63,869 nucleotides of DNA from Leucoraja erinacea. Lineage: Eukaryota. Every line of letters starts with the position of its first letter. Positions within the stretch are counted from its first letter, which is position 1. The notes beneath the pieces are model-generated. The model was not told the origin of the DNA. It did not search any database and saw only the letters and a program-made list of their open reading frames with translations. Position numbers and translations under genes: made by a program. The DNA lies in assembly GCF_028641065.1 (NCBI RefSeq), contig NC_073389.1, forward strand, positions 40,734,132 through 40,798,000, written 5' to 3'. Shown here piece by piece: positions 42,501 through 54,064 of this stretch.

Positions 42501-45500
42501 GAACATTTTTCCTGCATCTAGCTTGTCTAGTGCTTTTTATAATTTTATATGTTTCTATAAGATTCCCCTCATCCTTCTAAACTCCAGTGAATACAAGCCT
42601 AGTTTTTTCAATCTTTCCTCATATGACATCCCAGGTATCAATCTTGTGAACCTACTGCCTCAATCACAAGGATGTCCTTCCTCAAATTAGGAGACCAAAA
42701 CTGTACACTATACTCCAGATGTGGTCTCACCAGAGCCCTATACAACTGCAGAAGAACCTCTTTACTCCTACACTGAAATCCTTTTGTTATGAAGGCCAAC
42801 ATTCCATTAGCTTTCTTCACTGCCTGCTTTACCTGTAAGCCAACTTTCAGTGACTGGTGTATGCCCTGGTCTCACTGCACCTCCCCCTTACCTAACCTAA
42901 CCCCATGGAGATAATAATCTGACCCATTTTATCTGGCAGAAATGATTTTTTAATTCCTTTTTATTGCAAGCTACTCAGAGGTACCCACAACACATTCCTC
43001 CCACAACCTGTCCATTCAATTTGGAAGGCAATATCAGCACTGATCCCCTTTCCCACTTCCCGCCTTAGGCAGAAGTTTAATGGTGGGGACAATGGCCTTT
43101 CACTTGGGTTAGAGCTTTAAGCATTTAGCCAAATCTTATTTTTTAGTTTTGTATTCTGAGTTTTATACGTTATTGTTTTTTAGGTAACAGCTCTGAAGAT
43201 TAAGAATAATCCTTTTGCAAAAGCATTCCTGGATTCAAAAGAAAGGTAAGTCAGTGGTTTGCAGCCTAACATGAAGTTACCTTGCTTATTGATTAAGAAG
43301 GAACTGCAGATGCTGAAAAATCAAAGGTAGACAAAAATGCTGGGTGTTTCGGGTCGAGACCCATCTTCAAATCCTTTTTCTTCTGAAGAAGGGTCTCGAC
43401 CCGAAACGTCACCTACTTCCTTTGCTCCATAGATGCTGCCTCACCTGCTGAGTTTCTCCAGCATTTTTGTCTAGGTTGCTTACTCATTCTTCGTTGCAAT
43501 TCATGCACATTTGTATACTTGTCAAGAAGTGACCACAATTAAGACGATTCAGGTTTAGGGTCTGACTTAAAGAATAAATAAAAAATGCATACCCAAGTAC
43601 AAGTAAAGGAGAAGATACCAATAAGCATCTGAAGAAATGCCAAGGTAAGTATGGGCATCTTTGCAAAACATTTTTTTAATGACATGGCTATAATCTGCAA
43701 TGTTATTACTTGCATTAGCATAAGATGTACCAATACCTGCCAACCTTGCACCTTTGGTGATTTATCCTGCTTCTCTTTGATCTGCAAACCTGTGCCTAGC
43801 TCTCCCTTGTCTCGTACTGATGATTATCTTGGTTACTTTGCTTCCAGTCTCTCCAGATTTGGCGATTGGATCCACACTAGTTTAGGCAGAAAGATAATCC
43901 AAAGGACATAGGTTTTAGGTGAAGGAGGTAAGATTTAATAGGAATTTGAGGGAGGAACTGCCATTTCTATCCTCTTGGTGTGTTTCTGGCCACTTTCAGC
44001 GAGATCCATTTATCGGCTTGGCCTGGGCATGGTATACATTTGCAAAGTGTTCCGTTTTTTTTTAAGCAATCAAGAATTTCACAATGTCACTGGCCACAAG
44101 GAAGACCACAACAATACCCATCATGTCAGTTTTGTTGTAAATACAATTACAGCTCAAAAATCTTTAGGATTATGAGCATCAACTCTTAGTCTATCAACAT
44201 GAGAACTCCAGTGTACTGAGAATTAAATAATGACGGTACTTAAGCGTAAGTAAAAAGAAACATTATTACCTGTACCAATAATGAAAACTCTTAACAAAAT
44301 TTAGGGAAATGGATCAGTCAACCATACACCTTGTAATATCAGTCTTAGGTTTCACGCTGGGTGAGAAGGATTATCACTACATCATATGTTCCTGTCTTTC
44401 ACATAGGAAGATGAAAAATACAATTTAGTCATCGAGTCATAGAATGATACAGTGTGTAAACAGGCTCTTTGGCCAAACTTGCCCACACCGGCCAACATAT
44501 TCCAGCTATACTAGTCCCACCTGCCCGCGTTTGGTCCATATCCCTCCAAACCTGTCCTATCCATGCACCTGTCTAACTGTTTATTAAATGGTGGGATCGT
44601 CCCAGACTCAACTGCCTCCACTGGCACCTTGTTCCATATACCCACCATCCTATGTGTGAAAAAGTTACATACAACCACCCTCTGTGTGAAAAAGTTACCC
44701 CTCAGATTCCTATTAAATCTTATCCCCTTCACCTTAAACCTCTATTCCTCTGGTCCATGATTCACCTACTCTGGGCAGCAAGAGACTTTGCATCTACCCG
44801 ATCTATTCCTCTCATAATTTATATGTATAAATCATATGTATTTTCTATATGTATAAAAAACTTTATAGTGTAATTGATCAATTCTCTCTTCTGCTAATGC
44901 ATCATACTATAGCTTTAATTGTACTCTTTCAGAACCAGTTATAAGGATGACCTTGCTGGAAATCACCACATGGGTTGTTCTCACAGTAAGTCAATACCTT
45001 TGTATGGGATGATGGGTTATTGGTTACATTGGATGAATAATTGGAGGTCCTTAGATCTAGTANNNNNNNNNNNNNNNNNNNNNNNNNNNNNNNNNNNNNN
45101 NNNNNNNNNNNNNNNNNNNNNNNNNNNNNNNNNNNNNNNNNNNNNNNNNNNNNNNNNNNNNNNNNNNNNNNNNNNNNNNNNNNNNNNNNNNNNNNNNNNN
45201 NNNNNNNNNNNNNNNNNNNNNNNNNNNNNNNATGTGTGTACTCGTGGGTATGTGTATAAATGCACACTGAACTATGTTCTCTCTCATTTATCATATTGTT
45301 TACAGTGTACTATTGTATGTTTACATATTTTGTTATGCTGCAGCAAGTAAGAATGTTATTGTTCTATCTGGGACACAGGACAATAAAACACTCTTAACTC
45401 CTGATTGTATTCCCAAATTACCTGCAACAGTTTTCCATTACTCTCCAATTCTGTAGTCAACAGATTTAATCTTAACATGTGTAAAAGCGGCAAATTAAAT

Positions 45501-48500
45501 ATTCCAGTTTTTAAGAAAATGCCAATGCTGAGCAATTGGAGTTAATAAAATTAGTAGTGACCCAGATGTTTGAAATTCTCTGTAGGTGAGACATTTGATG
45601 CAGTAAGTCTCTCAATAAATTCTGCTGGAGTTATTATTATTATTTTTGAATGATTACTGATTTTATTCTCTCCAGTAAGCAGCTGGTTGATACCTAATGG
45701 TGAGACTATTTGTACCTCAGCAAATCCAAATTATCAGTACCATGCTGCTTTACCACTTCCTAGTGGTGCCCACTCATTCCATAGCTGTGAGCGATACAGC
45801 CCAAGGCACAGTCACCTCGCCTCTCCATATCCAACATCCTACTTGCACAGAAATTACCCAACAGGTAAGCTCGGATTTGTTAATTAAGATGCTACTTTAT
45901 ACATCAAGATGACTATTTACTAATCAGCTTAGCGTTTCAAAACACTGTAAGACAATCACTTCCATTGTTAATTTAAACTTTTCAAAATGTTCATTATCTC
46001 AGTTACTGTAACATCATAAGGGATAAGATAAAAGGGTTCTGAATCAGTAAACACCATTTGATGTTGAATTTGGATTTTTGAAATCTTGTAAATTTCGTAA
46101 TATTAGGAAAGTATTTCATAACTAATGCACTCAATACTAATATCACGGCATGATTTTGAAATGCATTTTATAAAACTTAACAGTACATTAAATGTAGCAT
46201 ATTTTCTCAGTGTTAAGATTATTATTTAATGACGTTTTCTCTGTATTTTAGTTGTTGCAAGTTTGTTGAATCAGAACGGCATTTGCCAAATAGCGATAAA
46301 CAACTATCTTAAGGAAGATAGAGACAAAATGCTGGAGTACAATACAATACAATACAATTTATTGTCATTTGAACCTCAAATGAAGTTCAAACAAAATTTG
46401 GTTTCTGCAGTCATACAACAAGAAAAGAACCAAGACACACAACCAACACAATTTACGCAAACATGCATTACAGTGAATCCCTTCCTCACTGTGATGGAAG
46501 GCAAAGTCTTGTCTCTCCCCTGTGTTCCATTCTTCTCCCAATGCTAAAGCCCCCTGCGGGTGATGGCAAGTCCCGCGGCCAATAAGGCCGCGCCAGGCGA
46601 TGCAAGGCCCCGCTCCGGGTCTTAATGTTGGAGCCACCAGCAGGCGATGGCAAGTCCCGCGGCCGTTAAAGCCGCACCGGGCGATGTGAGACCCCGCTCT
46701 GGATCAATTTCAACCCCCCAACTCGGGCGGGAGAAATCGCTGTTGCGGGAGCTCCGAAAAGCGGTCCCCCACCAAGGACCCGCGAGCTCCCGATGTCAGC
46801 GTCCACCGGACCTGCAGCTGGAGCCTCCGAGCTCCAGAGTCGGGTCGCAGCCGCGCGCCACCACAGCTCTCCACGCTCCAAAGCCGGCCAGCCTCACGAT
46901 GGTAAGTCTGCAGGCTCCGCGACTGGATCCCCCAGGTCGTTCCGGTTGGAGGCCGCTCCACGGTGTTAGGCCCCAATGACAACGGAGACCCGACAGGGAA
47001 AAGGTCGGGTCACCCTTACAGGGAAGAGATTTAAAAGTTTCCCCCACCCCTTCTACCCCGCCCCCCCCACACATACACAGCTAAAAACAATATAAAAACC
47101 ACAACAAACTAAACATTCAATGGGACAAAAAAAAAAGACAGACGGACTGCAGAGGCCGCTGCAATGTCGGTCGCGCAGACTCTTAGTAACTCAGCGGGTC
47201 ATGCAGCATCTCTGGAGAAAAGGAATAGATGACGATTTGGGTCGAGACAAGACTCAATAGGTGACGTTTTGGGTCAAGATCTTTCTCACAAAAATTATCT
47301 TAGGGAGTCGGTGTTGACAATGAAACAGTTTAACAATGAATCAAAAAGTTAATCGTACAATTTTTGAGTCTCCGTGGAAGGGTATTATTATTGAAATTGA
47401 TTCAGGTGCAGTTTCATAATTGTATCATCAGTGATGGATTGGGTGGTTGGAGAATATCATCTTTTTTTTGTTTTCTACTGCAAACACGTATTTTGGACCA
47501 AATAGTTATTTGCAAAGTCAAAACAAACATCAAAATAAAGTGCCTCAGAAATATGTAATTTAAAGCACAGTTCAGGAAAGACTCAGCAGGTTCAGCCAAC
47601 CAGTGTGGAGGGAGAAACAATGTTAAAGTTTCAAACCAATGACCTTTCCTGATATGATGAATAGTCATTTCAGATGCAAAATGTGACTTTAGATTCTGGT
47701 TTATTGACTGTTAAGAAGATGTCAACTGAAAAGAAGATATTTTCTTCTGGTTTATCCTGACTCTTACCCCAGAGAATAATTTACCTAGATAGTGAGGATT
47801 TACATTTCTCCTTATAATATAATGATAGTTTTGTATATTGATCAATATTATGTTTTTATCAAGTGCCCTTTGCAGAAAACACCGGTAACAGCCTTCAGCC
47901 CCTACCAGGGCACGACAACTGGTCAACCTTGCCACCTCCTCCACATGCCAACATGTTACCACTGACTCAGTCTGGATCTGGATCCAATTCCAGGTGAGGA
48001 ACACGGGTTGAAAATCCAAGGATTGCTTGCAGTTTTAGGGTTTATGAGTGATGTTGCTGCATCATGGAAATTCAACTGATCTGAAAAAACCCATCCACAT
48101 TCAATAACGCCGACACCTATGTCTTTCCCTCCAAAATGAGCCTTGATTGTTTCTTCATCATCGCTGAGTCTAAATCTTGGAACTTCTTCCCCAACAACAC
48201 CGTGGGAGTACTTTCACCAGCAGAATCGCAATGACTCAAAATGGTAGTTTACAATGCCCAGATCGCAAAACGATGAATGGACGAGAAATGCAAAATAAAG
48301 ACTAATAAAAGAAAGATGGAATTAGGCAAAGACAGAAAGTAAACAAAGTAAAACTAAATACAATATTGGTTTCAATAATATTCAACTCTCCTCTGACAAC
48401 TTTAAAATCTAAAAGAATGAGGTACCAAACAAGTAAAAGTTAACTCGGTGTGAAAAGTTTTGTTTGCAAAATGAAAGCTTCACCATGCTTTTTAAACATG

Positions 48501-49958
48501 ATTTACTCTTGAATTCTCAAACCTCTGGAGAATTCATTGGTACAATATAGCAATCTTTCATATACTTCATGGTAAATTTCCAGACAGAAATAACAATAAA
48601 AAAATTCTGGAGGAGTGGGGAAACTTGGAAAGCAACTTCCTGATTTCCATTTAATTGTATTGTCAGGAAACCTCCTCATTAGCCTCACCATTATTATTAC
48701 TGCAAATTTTAGGCAATGATAACTTCATAATTCTCTTTGTGAAATAAATTACTCTACCATCTCAAATTAATGAAGAAATTTACTAAAATCAATGTTTCCA
48801 GTATTTGTATCACAACTGTGTTATTGTGATGGGTACAATTTATTGAAATTGATGGTTATTAATCTCTACCATTGAAACTTTTGCTTTGATGTGCATATTT
48901 CGCAATTGGCCAGACTCAAATTATTAAACGTAGAGTTGACATATTGAAATCAAATGACCATAATTGTTATGAAATAATCAAAAATAGTTCTTACTGTTGC
49001 TGTCTAATTGAAATGTTTTCAGTATTCATCCACTGCGGTGAATTCTTCTGTCAACCCATTTTCCCCCACTGCCTTTCATGAAAGCTTTCATGAAAACCGC
49101 ATAAGTTTTCTCCGAGATCTTAGGTTTCCTCCCACACTCCAAAGACATACAGATTTGTAGGTGAATTGGCTTGTTATAAGTGTAAATTGTCCCTAGTGTG
49201 TGTAGGATAGTGTTAATGTGTGGGGATCGCTGGTCGGTGCGGACTCGGTGGGCCAAAGGTCCTGCTTCCGTGCTGTATCTCTAAACTAAACTAAAGCTGG
49301 GTGTAATTTCCCCGTCATTTCTTTACACATTGTGCCCTTCGTGAAAAACACAGGAAACTGACTCCTGCTTGCATGCAGTTGGGATTGAATATTAGTTAAC
49401 AGCAGAATCCAACATGAATCAATTAATTAAAGCAGGATATTTATAATTCTACAGGTGCTTGTCTTTACTGAAACTCTCTCCTGGAATGCACTCACTTTTC
49501 TCAACTGATAACTGGCATCATTCCACAATGAAGAAACAAATTTAATATTGAAAAAAACTGCTCTTAGCTTGTGATATATTATCTACAATATTCTAGAAGA
49601 TGCTAAAATTATTTGTCATTTTGAAATCTTTGAACAAATTACATGGCAACCCATGAATGATGTTTAGTAGTCTCTTAATGTTCTACAATAATTGTGTCCT
49701 TGTATTATTATTTTCAGCCAGTATACATGCCACTGGACTGTGGGCAATCGTTCAGGAAGTCCAACCAACCAACTGAACTCAGCTGCTGGAAACCCGCAAA
49801 GTCCATTTATTCGAGGAAACCTGAGCTTGCCACCAACTCCTTCGTCCTTGGTCACTGTGACGAGTTCCAATGGGGCAGCGATGGAGATGATCAGTGAATC
49901 CCCACTAACCAGGCTTGTGGTATCATCATGGAGCTCAGGTTCATCCCCGTCTTTCTAA
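30386..49958 (+). CDS. TBX19: T-box transcription factor TBX19 (Tpit), complete 8-exon gene, 419 aa
   Basis: join(30386-30570,37981-38245,40932-41066,43184-43245,44933-44985,45676-45864,47864-47993,49718-49958) = 1260 nt, GT-AG, open frame. Brachyury-subfamily T-box with TBX19-type residues ([46 protein letters not shown]). Downstream of SFT2D2. Confidence 0.92.
30888..31252 (+). mobile_element. CR1/HER1-type LINE 3' end
   Basis: [30 protein letters not shown]...[19 protein letters not shown] plus tail. Confidence 0.88.
32984..33223 (+). mobile_element. CR1/HER1-type LINE 3' end
   Basis: Near-identical to 31015-31252. Confidence 0.85.
33378..33720. mobile_element. Palindromic Penelope-derived repeat cluster, minus-strand hammerhead-like core 33440-33467
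   Basis: gacacaaaatgctggagtaactcagcgggacaggcag ... gatgctgcctgtcccgctgagtacctccagcattttgtgtc. Confidence 0.7.
34213..36546. repeat. Inverted repeat pair (about 370 bp arms, 34213-34580 and 36176-36546) in TBX19 intron 1
   Basis: For example ttcccacagttgcctgatctgcgacattttctgctttattaataaaaccc and its exact reverse complement at about 36389-36438. Confidence 0.92.
35142..36052 (-). mobile_element. CR1-clade LINE RT C-terminal fragment
   Basis: [51 protein letters not shown]. Confidence 0.9.
37981..38245 (+). CDS. TBX19: TBX19 exon 2 (T-box)
   Basis: ttgcttcag|[19 protein letters not shown]...WKYVNGEW...[32 protein letters not shown]|gtaagg. Confidence 0.95.
39643..40205. mobile_element. PIF/Harbinger-type MITE (563 bp)
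   Basis: TIR AGGG(A/G)CTGTCCCAC(T/C)TGGGCGACCTAAT at both ends, 3-bp TSD TGA (39640-39642 and 40206-40208), no coding capacity, interior rich in CTTCGAC/CTACGAC repeats. Confidence 0.85.
40932..41066 (+). CDS. TBX19: TBX19 exon 3 (T-box)
   Basis: tttacag|[16 protein letters not shown]...[16 protein letters not shown]|gtcagt. Confidence 0.95.
41445..41930 (+). mobile_element. Old CR1-clade LINE 3' fragment
   Basis: Degenerate [24 protein letters not shown] motifs and 3' tail. Confidence 0.7.
42166..42920 (-). mobile_element. CR1/HER1-type LINE 3' fragment
   Basis: [10 protein letters not shown]...[32 protein letters not shown], (TTTCTATG)n tail. Confidence 0.9.
43184..43245 (+). CDS. TBX19: TBX19 exon 4 (T-box end)
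   Basis: tttttag|[20 protein letters not shown](R)|gtaagt. Confidence 0.95.
43383..43410 (+). ncRNA. Best-preserved minimal type-I hammerhead ribozyme-like motif, in a Penelope-derived repeat (43295-43475), TBX19 intron 4
   Basis: CTGAAGA-A-GGGT(CTCG)ACCC-GAAAC-GTC: both conserved boxes, helix II tetraloop and a GUC triplet; helices I and III rudimentary; activity unknown. Confidence 0.6.
44430..44822 (-). mobile_element. CR1-clade LINE 3' end
   Basis: [16 protein letters not shown]...WNKVP.EAVE; same family as 35142-35500. Confidence 0.82.
44933..44985 (+). CDS. TBX19: TBX19 exon 5
   Basis: ctttcag|[17 protein letters not shown]|gtaagt; phase 2 to phase 1 fits the neighbouring exons. Confidence 0.8.
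45063..45231. other. Assembly gap (169 N) in TBX19 intron 5
   Basis: Run of N. Confidence 0.99.
45676..45864 (+). CDS. TBX19: TBX19 exon 6
   Basis: ctctccag|[28 protein letters not shown]...CERYS...[14 protein letters not shown]|gtaagc. Confidence 0.9.
46341..47183 (-). mobile_element. GC-rich non-autonomous retroposon inserted into a Penelope-derived repeat
   Basis: Minus-strand AATAAA+(ATTGT)n tail at left end; host repeat split as gctggagta|...|agtaactcagcggg; internal repeats of about 85 bp. Confidence 0.65.
47864..47993 (+). CDS. TBX19: TBX19 exon 7
   Basis: tttttatcaag|[31 protein letters not shown]...SNS|gtgagg; an in-frame alternative acceptor at 47876 is possible. Confidence 0.82.
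49095..49295 (+). mobile_element. 5'-truncated HE1/V-SINE
   Basis: Matches the 3' two-thirds of 16212-16512. Confidence 0.8.
49718..49958 (+). CDS. TBX19: TBX19 exon 8 (terminal coding part)
   Basis: ttttcag|[10 protein letters not shown]...[22 protein letters not shown]; resembles Brachyury-family QYP.LW.V and RL.ASW motifs. Confidence 0.88.
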
Positions 49959-51140
49959 TAGTTTACCGCATCTGACACCTGATTACTGTGGTCATCTATT
50001 TCAGCCACACAATTAACTTTTATCTGCTTACGTTTATCTAGTTGTTTTCTAGACTTAAAAATATCTTAAAGCAAGAATGATTCCCAAAAGGAACACATAA
50101 CATTTTGCGTTAGAAGGTGCCCTCTCCGGCTGAAAATCTGTCTGCTTGCCATGGTTAATCCAAAGCAAAGGACTGAATGATCACTGTTCAGTTTACATTG
50201 AATCTGTTATTAAAGTGTAAAATTAAATCCTATCATAAAATCCAAGTTGGGGAAAGATTAAAATGATTGAGTTGAAGTGTGACCCAATGACATTTTCTCA
50301 ACTGTATATAATGGATTTATTCTGAAATTGGGGATGCCTATTTTTCACAAGCTCTTCAAACAAAAGTAGTGGCTGGTTGATGGTGAGTTGGGCCTGTTTC
50401 CCTGCTGTATCTCTCGATGGCTCTAAGGTCATCTTCCATTCGTAGTGGCCTATATTTTAACCCCAAGACACCTTGCTAACTTTCAACTAGATATGAAAGG
50501 CTCCATTGGATTGTTCTGTTTCTTTCCCATGCAGTTTGCACGACAGTTGGATAACATTTAGGATTTAATTTCAAATGAAAATTACTCCGTTCTGATAGAT
50601 TTTTACAGTAGTAACTAATAAAACATCCACAGCTCTGCAGCAATTTAATTGGTAGGTTGCATGCCCATCCATTTGTTTGTTAATAAGTGTCTCTTAAAAT
50701 TAAGCCCTTTTTGGTGCACGTTAATTAATATATTTTGTGGGGAAAAAATAGATATAATTAGTTTATTAAGATTATTAGGTTATACACTATCAATATTTTA
50801 AGTAGCTTTCATTGTGACACTGGGAGAATCCTTCACTGGTGGAGATGCTGTCATTTGGGTGAAAGTTTAAGCTTAAATCCTGCCTCCTTCTCAACTGGAC
50901 CAAAGGGTCTCATATCCGGCACAACCAAGTTCCTAGTTGTTTTCTCCATTATCTAGTCACTGTCATATTGCCTATCTAGATGTACTGTATGTGCCCTCGC
51001 TGGTGTGATTCTAAAATTCTAAAAAGGGTAAAAATACTTTATTAGCTTTGAAGAACTTTGATGCAGCCTGAGGGTGTAAAATGTAGTTAGAATTACATCC
51101 TCCTCCTTATTTAAAATATGGTTATTCACATGTTGTTGAT

Positions 51141-51165
51141 TGTGTGTGTGTGTGTGTGTGTGTGT
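51141..51165. repeat. (TG)n microsatellite
   Basis: About 12 TG units. Confidence 0.9.
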
Positions 51166-51227
51166 ACACACTCCAGGTGATCACAATGAATCATAAAAAA
51201 TTGGTAAATGAGGAAATACCATCTTAT

Positions 51228-51516
51228 AAATCAAAGGTAGAAAAAAATGTTGGAGAAACTTCGGACTGATGTCGGGGCAAGGGGTGGGAAAAAGAAAGGA
51301 AGAGGCGAGGCGGAGGCAGTAGCCCACAAACCTACTGTCTCCGCCTCTTCCTTTCTTTCCCCCCCCCCCCCCCCCCCCGACATCAGTGTGAAGAAGGGTC
51401 TCGACCCGAAACGTCACCTATTCCTTCTCTCCATAGATGCTGCCTCACCCGCTGAGTTTCTCCAGCATTTTTGTCTACGTTCGATTTTTCCAGCATCTGC
51501 AGTTCTTTCTTAAACA
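51228..51516. mobile_element. Palindromic Penelope-derived repeat, plus-strand hammerhead-like core 51388-51415
   Basis: actgatgtcgggg...gaaaggaagaggcg / cgcctcttcctttc...ccccgacatcagt arms, then gtgaagaagggtctcgacccgaaacgtc. Confidence 0.72.
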
Positions 51517-52544
51517 TCTTATAAATCAATGTCTGTTCGCATTGGTTCACGGCAACTCTTACATTTTGTTTTATGAGCTGAGTTTGTGTTTAAATTTGAG
51601 CAGACAAATTAAAGTCAGAAAGCAAACAATATTTTTTGCAATACTGTTGATTGTGCACGTAGAATTGTATTCTACTTTGAAAAATACCCAGTATGTGCAC
51701 ATTTTTAATGTGGTGTGCACTTCACCATTATATTGACTCTTTCAATACTCAAAAGATATGACTGTATTATAAATGTATAGTTAAGATTATGTGTAGTCAC
51801 TTACATATGAGATGTTTTTTGGATATCCGGTTATCAGCACTGTTTGACACAATGCATAAAATATTATTGGGTTCATAGCAATTTTAAAAATGTACAACCT
51901 GTATTCTCAATGTAAGCTAAATAAAACTGAATTTGCATCTGAATTTACGGCTACATATGCAATGAGAAAAGTCAATAATAAATATAAATGTGACCAAGAA
52001 TCAATAATTTCTCTATTGCTTGCAGGCTTAGTCTGATTTATTCCTTAACTACAGCCAAAACATACTCTGGCAGCAGCTAGAGAATTGACTATATATATGT
52101 AGTCAAAATATATTGAAACTACTTAAACAGCAAAAAAGTGAAAACTATATAATTGTCCAATCAAGCTTGTGTCAAAATCTCCTTCATGCACATGTTAACA
52201 CATTTTGAAGCATCATACAATGTCTGGACAGGACTGCACATTTAGCAGGTGCAACAATAGATGAATTTCCACCCTTAATGAAGAGGTGTATAAGAGCTAA
52301 ACTCAATTCCATCTCCATCTAATGCCAATATGTGCAGTTGATGGAGATGGATCCTCGCTGATGGATATATTATTCTATCATCCCAATTCTTACATCCATA
52401 CCCTCACCCTAGCTTAGAGAAAATCATTCAGTATGGACTTGGAATTAAACTGTGGTTCTTCATTTTATGATTTTTGAGGCCTGGATAGACATTTCTGATC
52501 AAAATGCAGTACCAGAATATTAAATAGTGTCATTTTTTGCTTTG

Positions 52545-54000
52545 GAAGAAAGGACATTCATATATCTATTTATCACTTTCCAAGAATTGCTCAAAGCACG
52601 TTACTATACTTGTGTTTTGTTTAGTTATTGTTGTATAAGCTACCCTGACTGATATAAATATCTCAAATTTTGTAATAACTCATGATAATTTGTTTCTTGT
52701 GTGAAACAGGAACTATTAGATGATACTGTAACCAACAAAAGTCCATGTTGTTTGTTTGTTTAATGATTTATTCCTTTTGTTTAATAATAGATCTGTATGA
52801 CATTTTGTATTTTATTAGTTGATGGAATTAACATGCAATCATCACTGCTCAGTCATTCTTCGATATAAATTTTACGATGAATGTGTTAAATACATTACTC
52901 AGCATGTAGCTTTGTTCATTGCATTATTAAGCCAAAGTTTTTGAAATTCCTTTAACCTTTTCTCAATGTGATATAGTTCATTTGATTTCTTGTCTCGTTC
53001 TTTTGGCAAGCATTCACACCTGGTTTCAATCTACATTATTTAACAGTTGGCCTGACATTAGATTCACTTAAACGTAGCTTTAAAAAAAAAAACCCTGTTA
53101 TTTAAATAGAGATACAAAGAACTGCAAATGCTGGAATCTGGAGGAACTCTGCAGGTCAGACTGTGGAAGAGGAGGAATGGATAGATATTATTTCGGATCA
53201 GGATCCAAATTGAAATGTTTCTATTATGAAAATATTTATATTGTGTAAATCTTGTGTGTTATATCATAGCATTTATTAAAAAGTAAATACCTGGCTTGTT
53301 TAGCTATTGTGGTATGTAGTACTTTCAAAATAAACTTAAAAATTAAGTGGATACATTTAAGGTGAATTTTGAATAAAATATGAAATATTGCAAAATATTT
53401 TTTTTGAATGGTTGCATGTTAATTCCATCTTGTTATTTGGGAACTCAACATAATACATAATGTCACAAACCTATTATTAATTAAATAAAGAACGGGACTT
53501 TTGTTTTACAGTATCACCTAAATAGGGGTTACACAGAAAAGCTGGAGAAACTCAGCGGGTGCAGCAGCATCTATGGAGCGAAGGAAATAGGCAACGTTAC
53601 GGGCCGAAACCCTTCTTCAGACGTTGAAGAAGGGTTTCGGCCCGAAAACGGCCTCCTTCGCTCCATAGATGTGCACCCGCTTAGTTTCTCCAGTATCGAT
53701 TCCTAAATAGTTCCCTCTTAATCACCTAAATAGTTACTGTTTCACACAAGAAACAATTTATCATCATTAGTTATTAGGAAAATTGAGATCTTACTATCTG
53801 TCAGGGTAGCTTATACAACAATGACTAAACAAAACACAAGTATAGTAACGTGCTTTGAGCAATTAGTTATTAGGAAAATTGAGATCTTACTATCTGTCAG
53901 GGTAGCTTCTACAACAATGACTAAACGAACCATAAGTACAGTAAAGTGTTTTGGGCGACTCTTTAAAAGTGCTAAATAAATGTACGAATGTCCTATCAAG
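52545..54000. repeat. Inverted duplication (52545-52842 vs 53407-54000, right arm partly tandem-duplicated)
   Basis: aattgctcaaagcacgttactatacttgtgttttgtttagt has its reverse complement at about 53824-53864; gatggaattaacatgcaa vs ttgcatgttaattccatc. Confidence 0.85.
53526..53720. mobile_element. Head-to-head double hammerhead-like Penelope-derived insertion with 13-bp TSD
   Basis: ATCACCTAAATAG at 53513-53525 and 53721-53733; cores at 53593-53620 (minus) and about 53624-53650 (plus), helix II variant GGGT(TTCG)GCCC. Confidence 0.75.
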
Positions 54001-54064
54001 AAAACATCAAAAGATTTTTTCAAAACAGGTCAACGGGCCTGTTTCCGTGCCGTATCTCTAACCT

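Noticed and set aside
44919-45350. ORFs spanning the N run
   Set aside because: Artefacts of the assembly gap; TBX19 exons 5 and 6 join in frame without needing a hidden exon
30386-49958. Calling the T-box gene Brachyury (TBXT)
   Set aside because: Diagnostic residues ([27 protein letters not shown]) and the SFT2D2 neighbour favour TBX19
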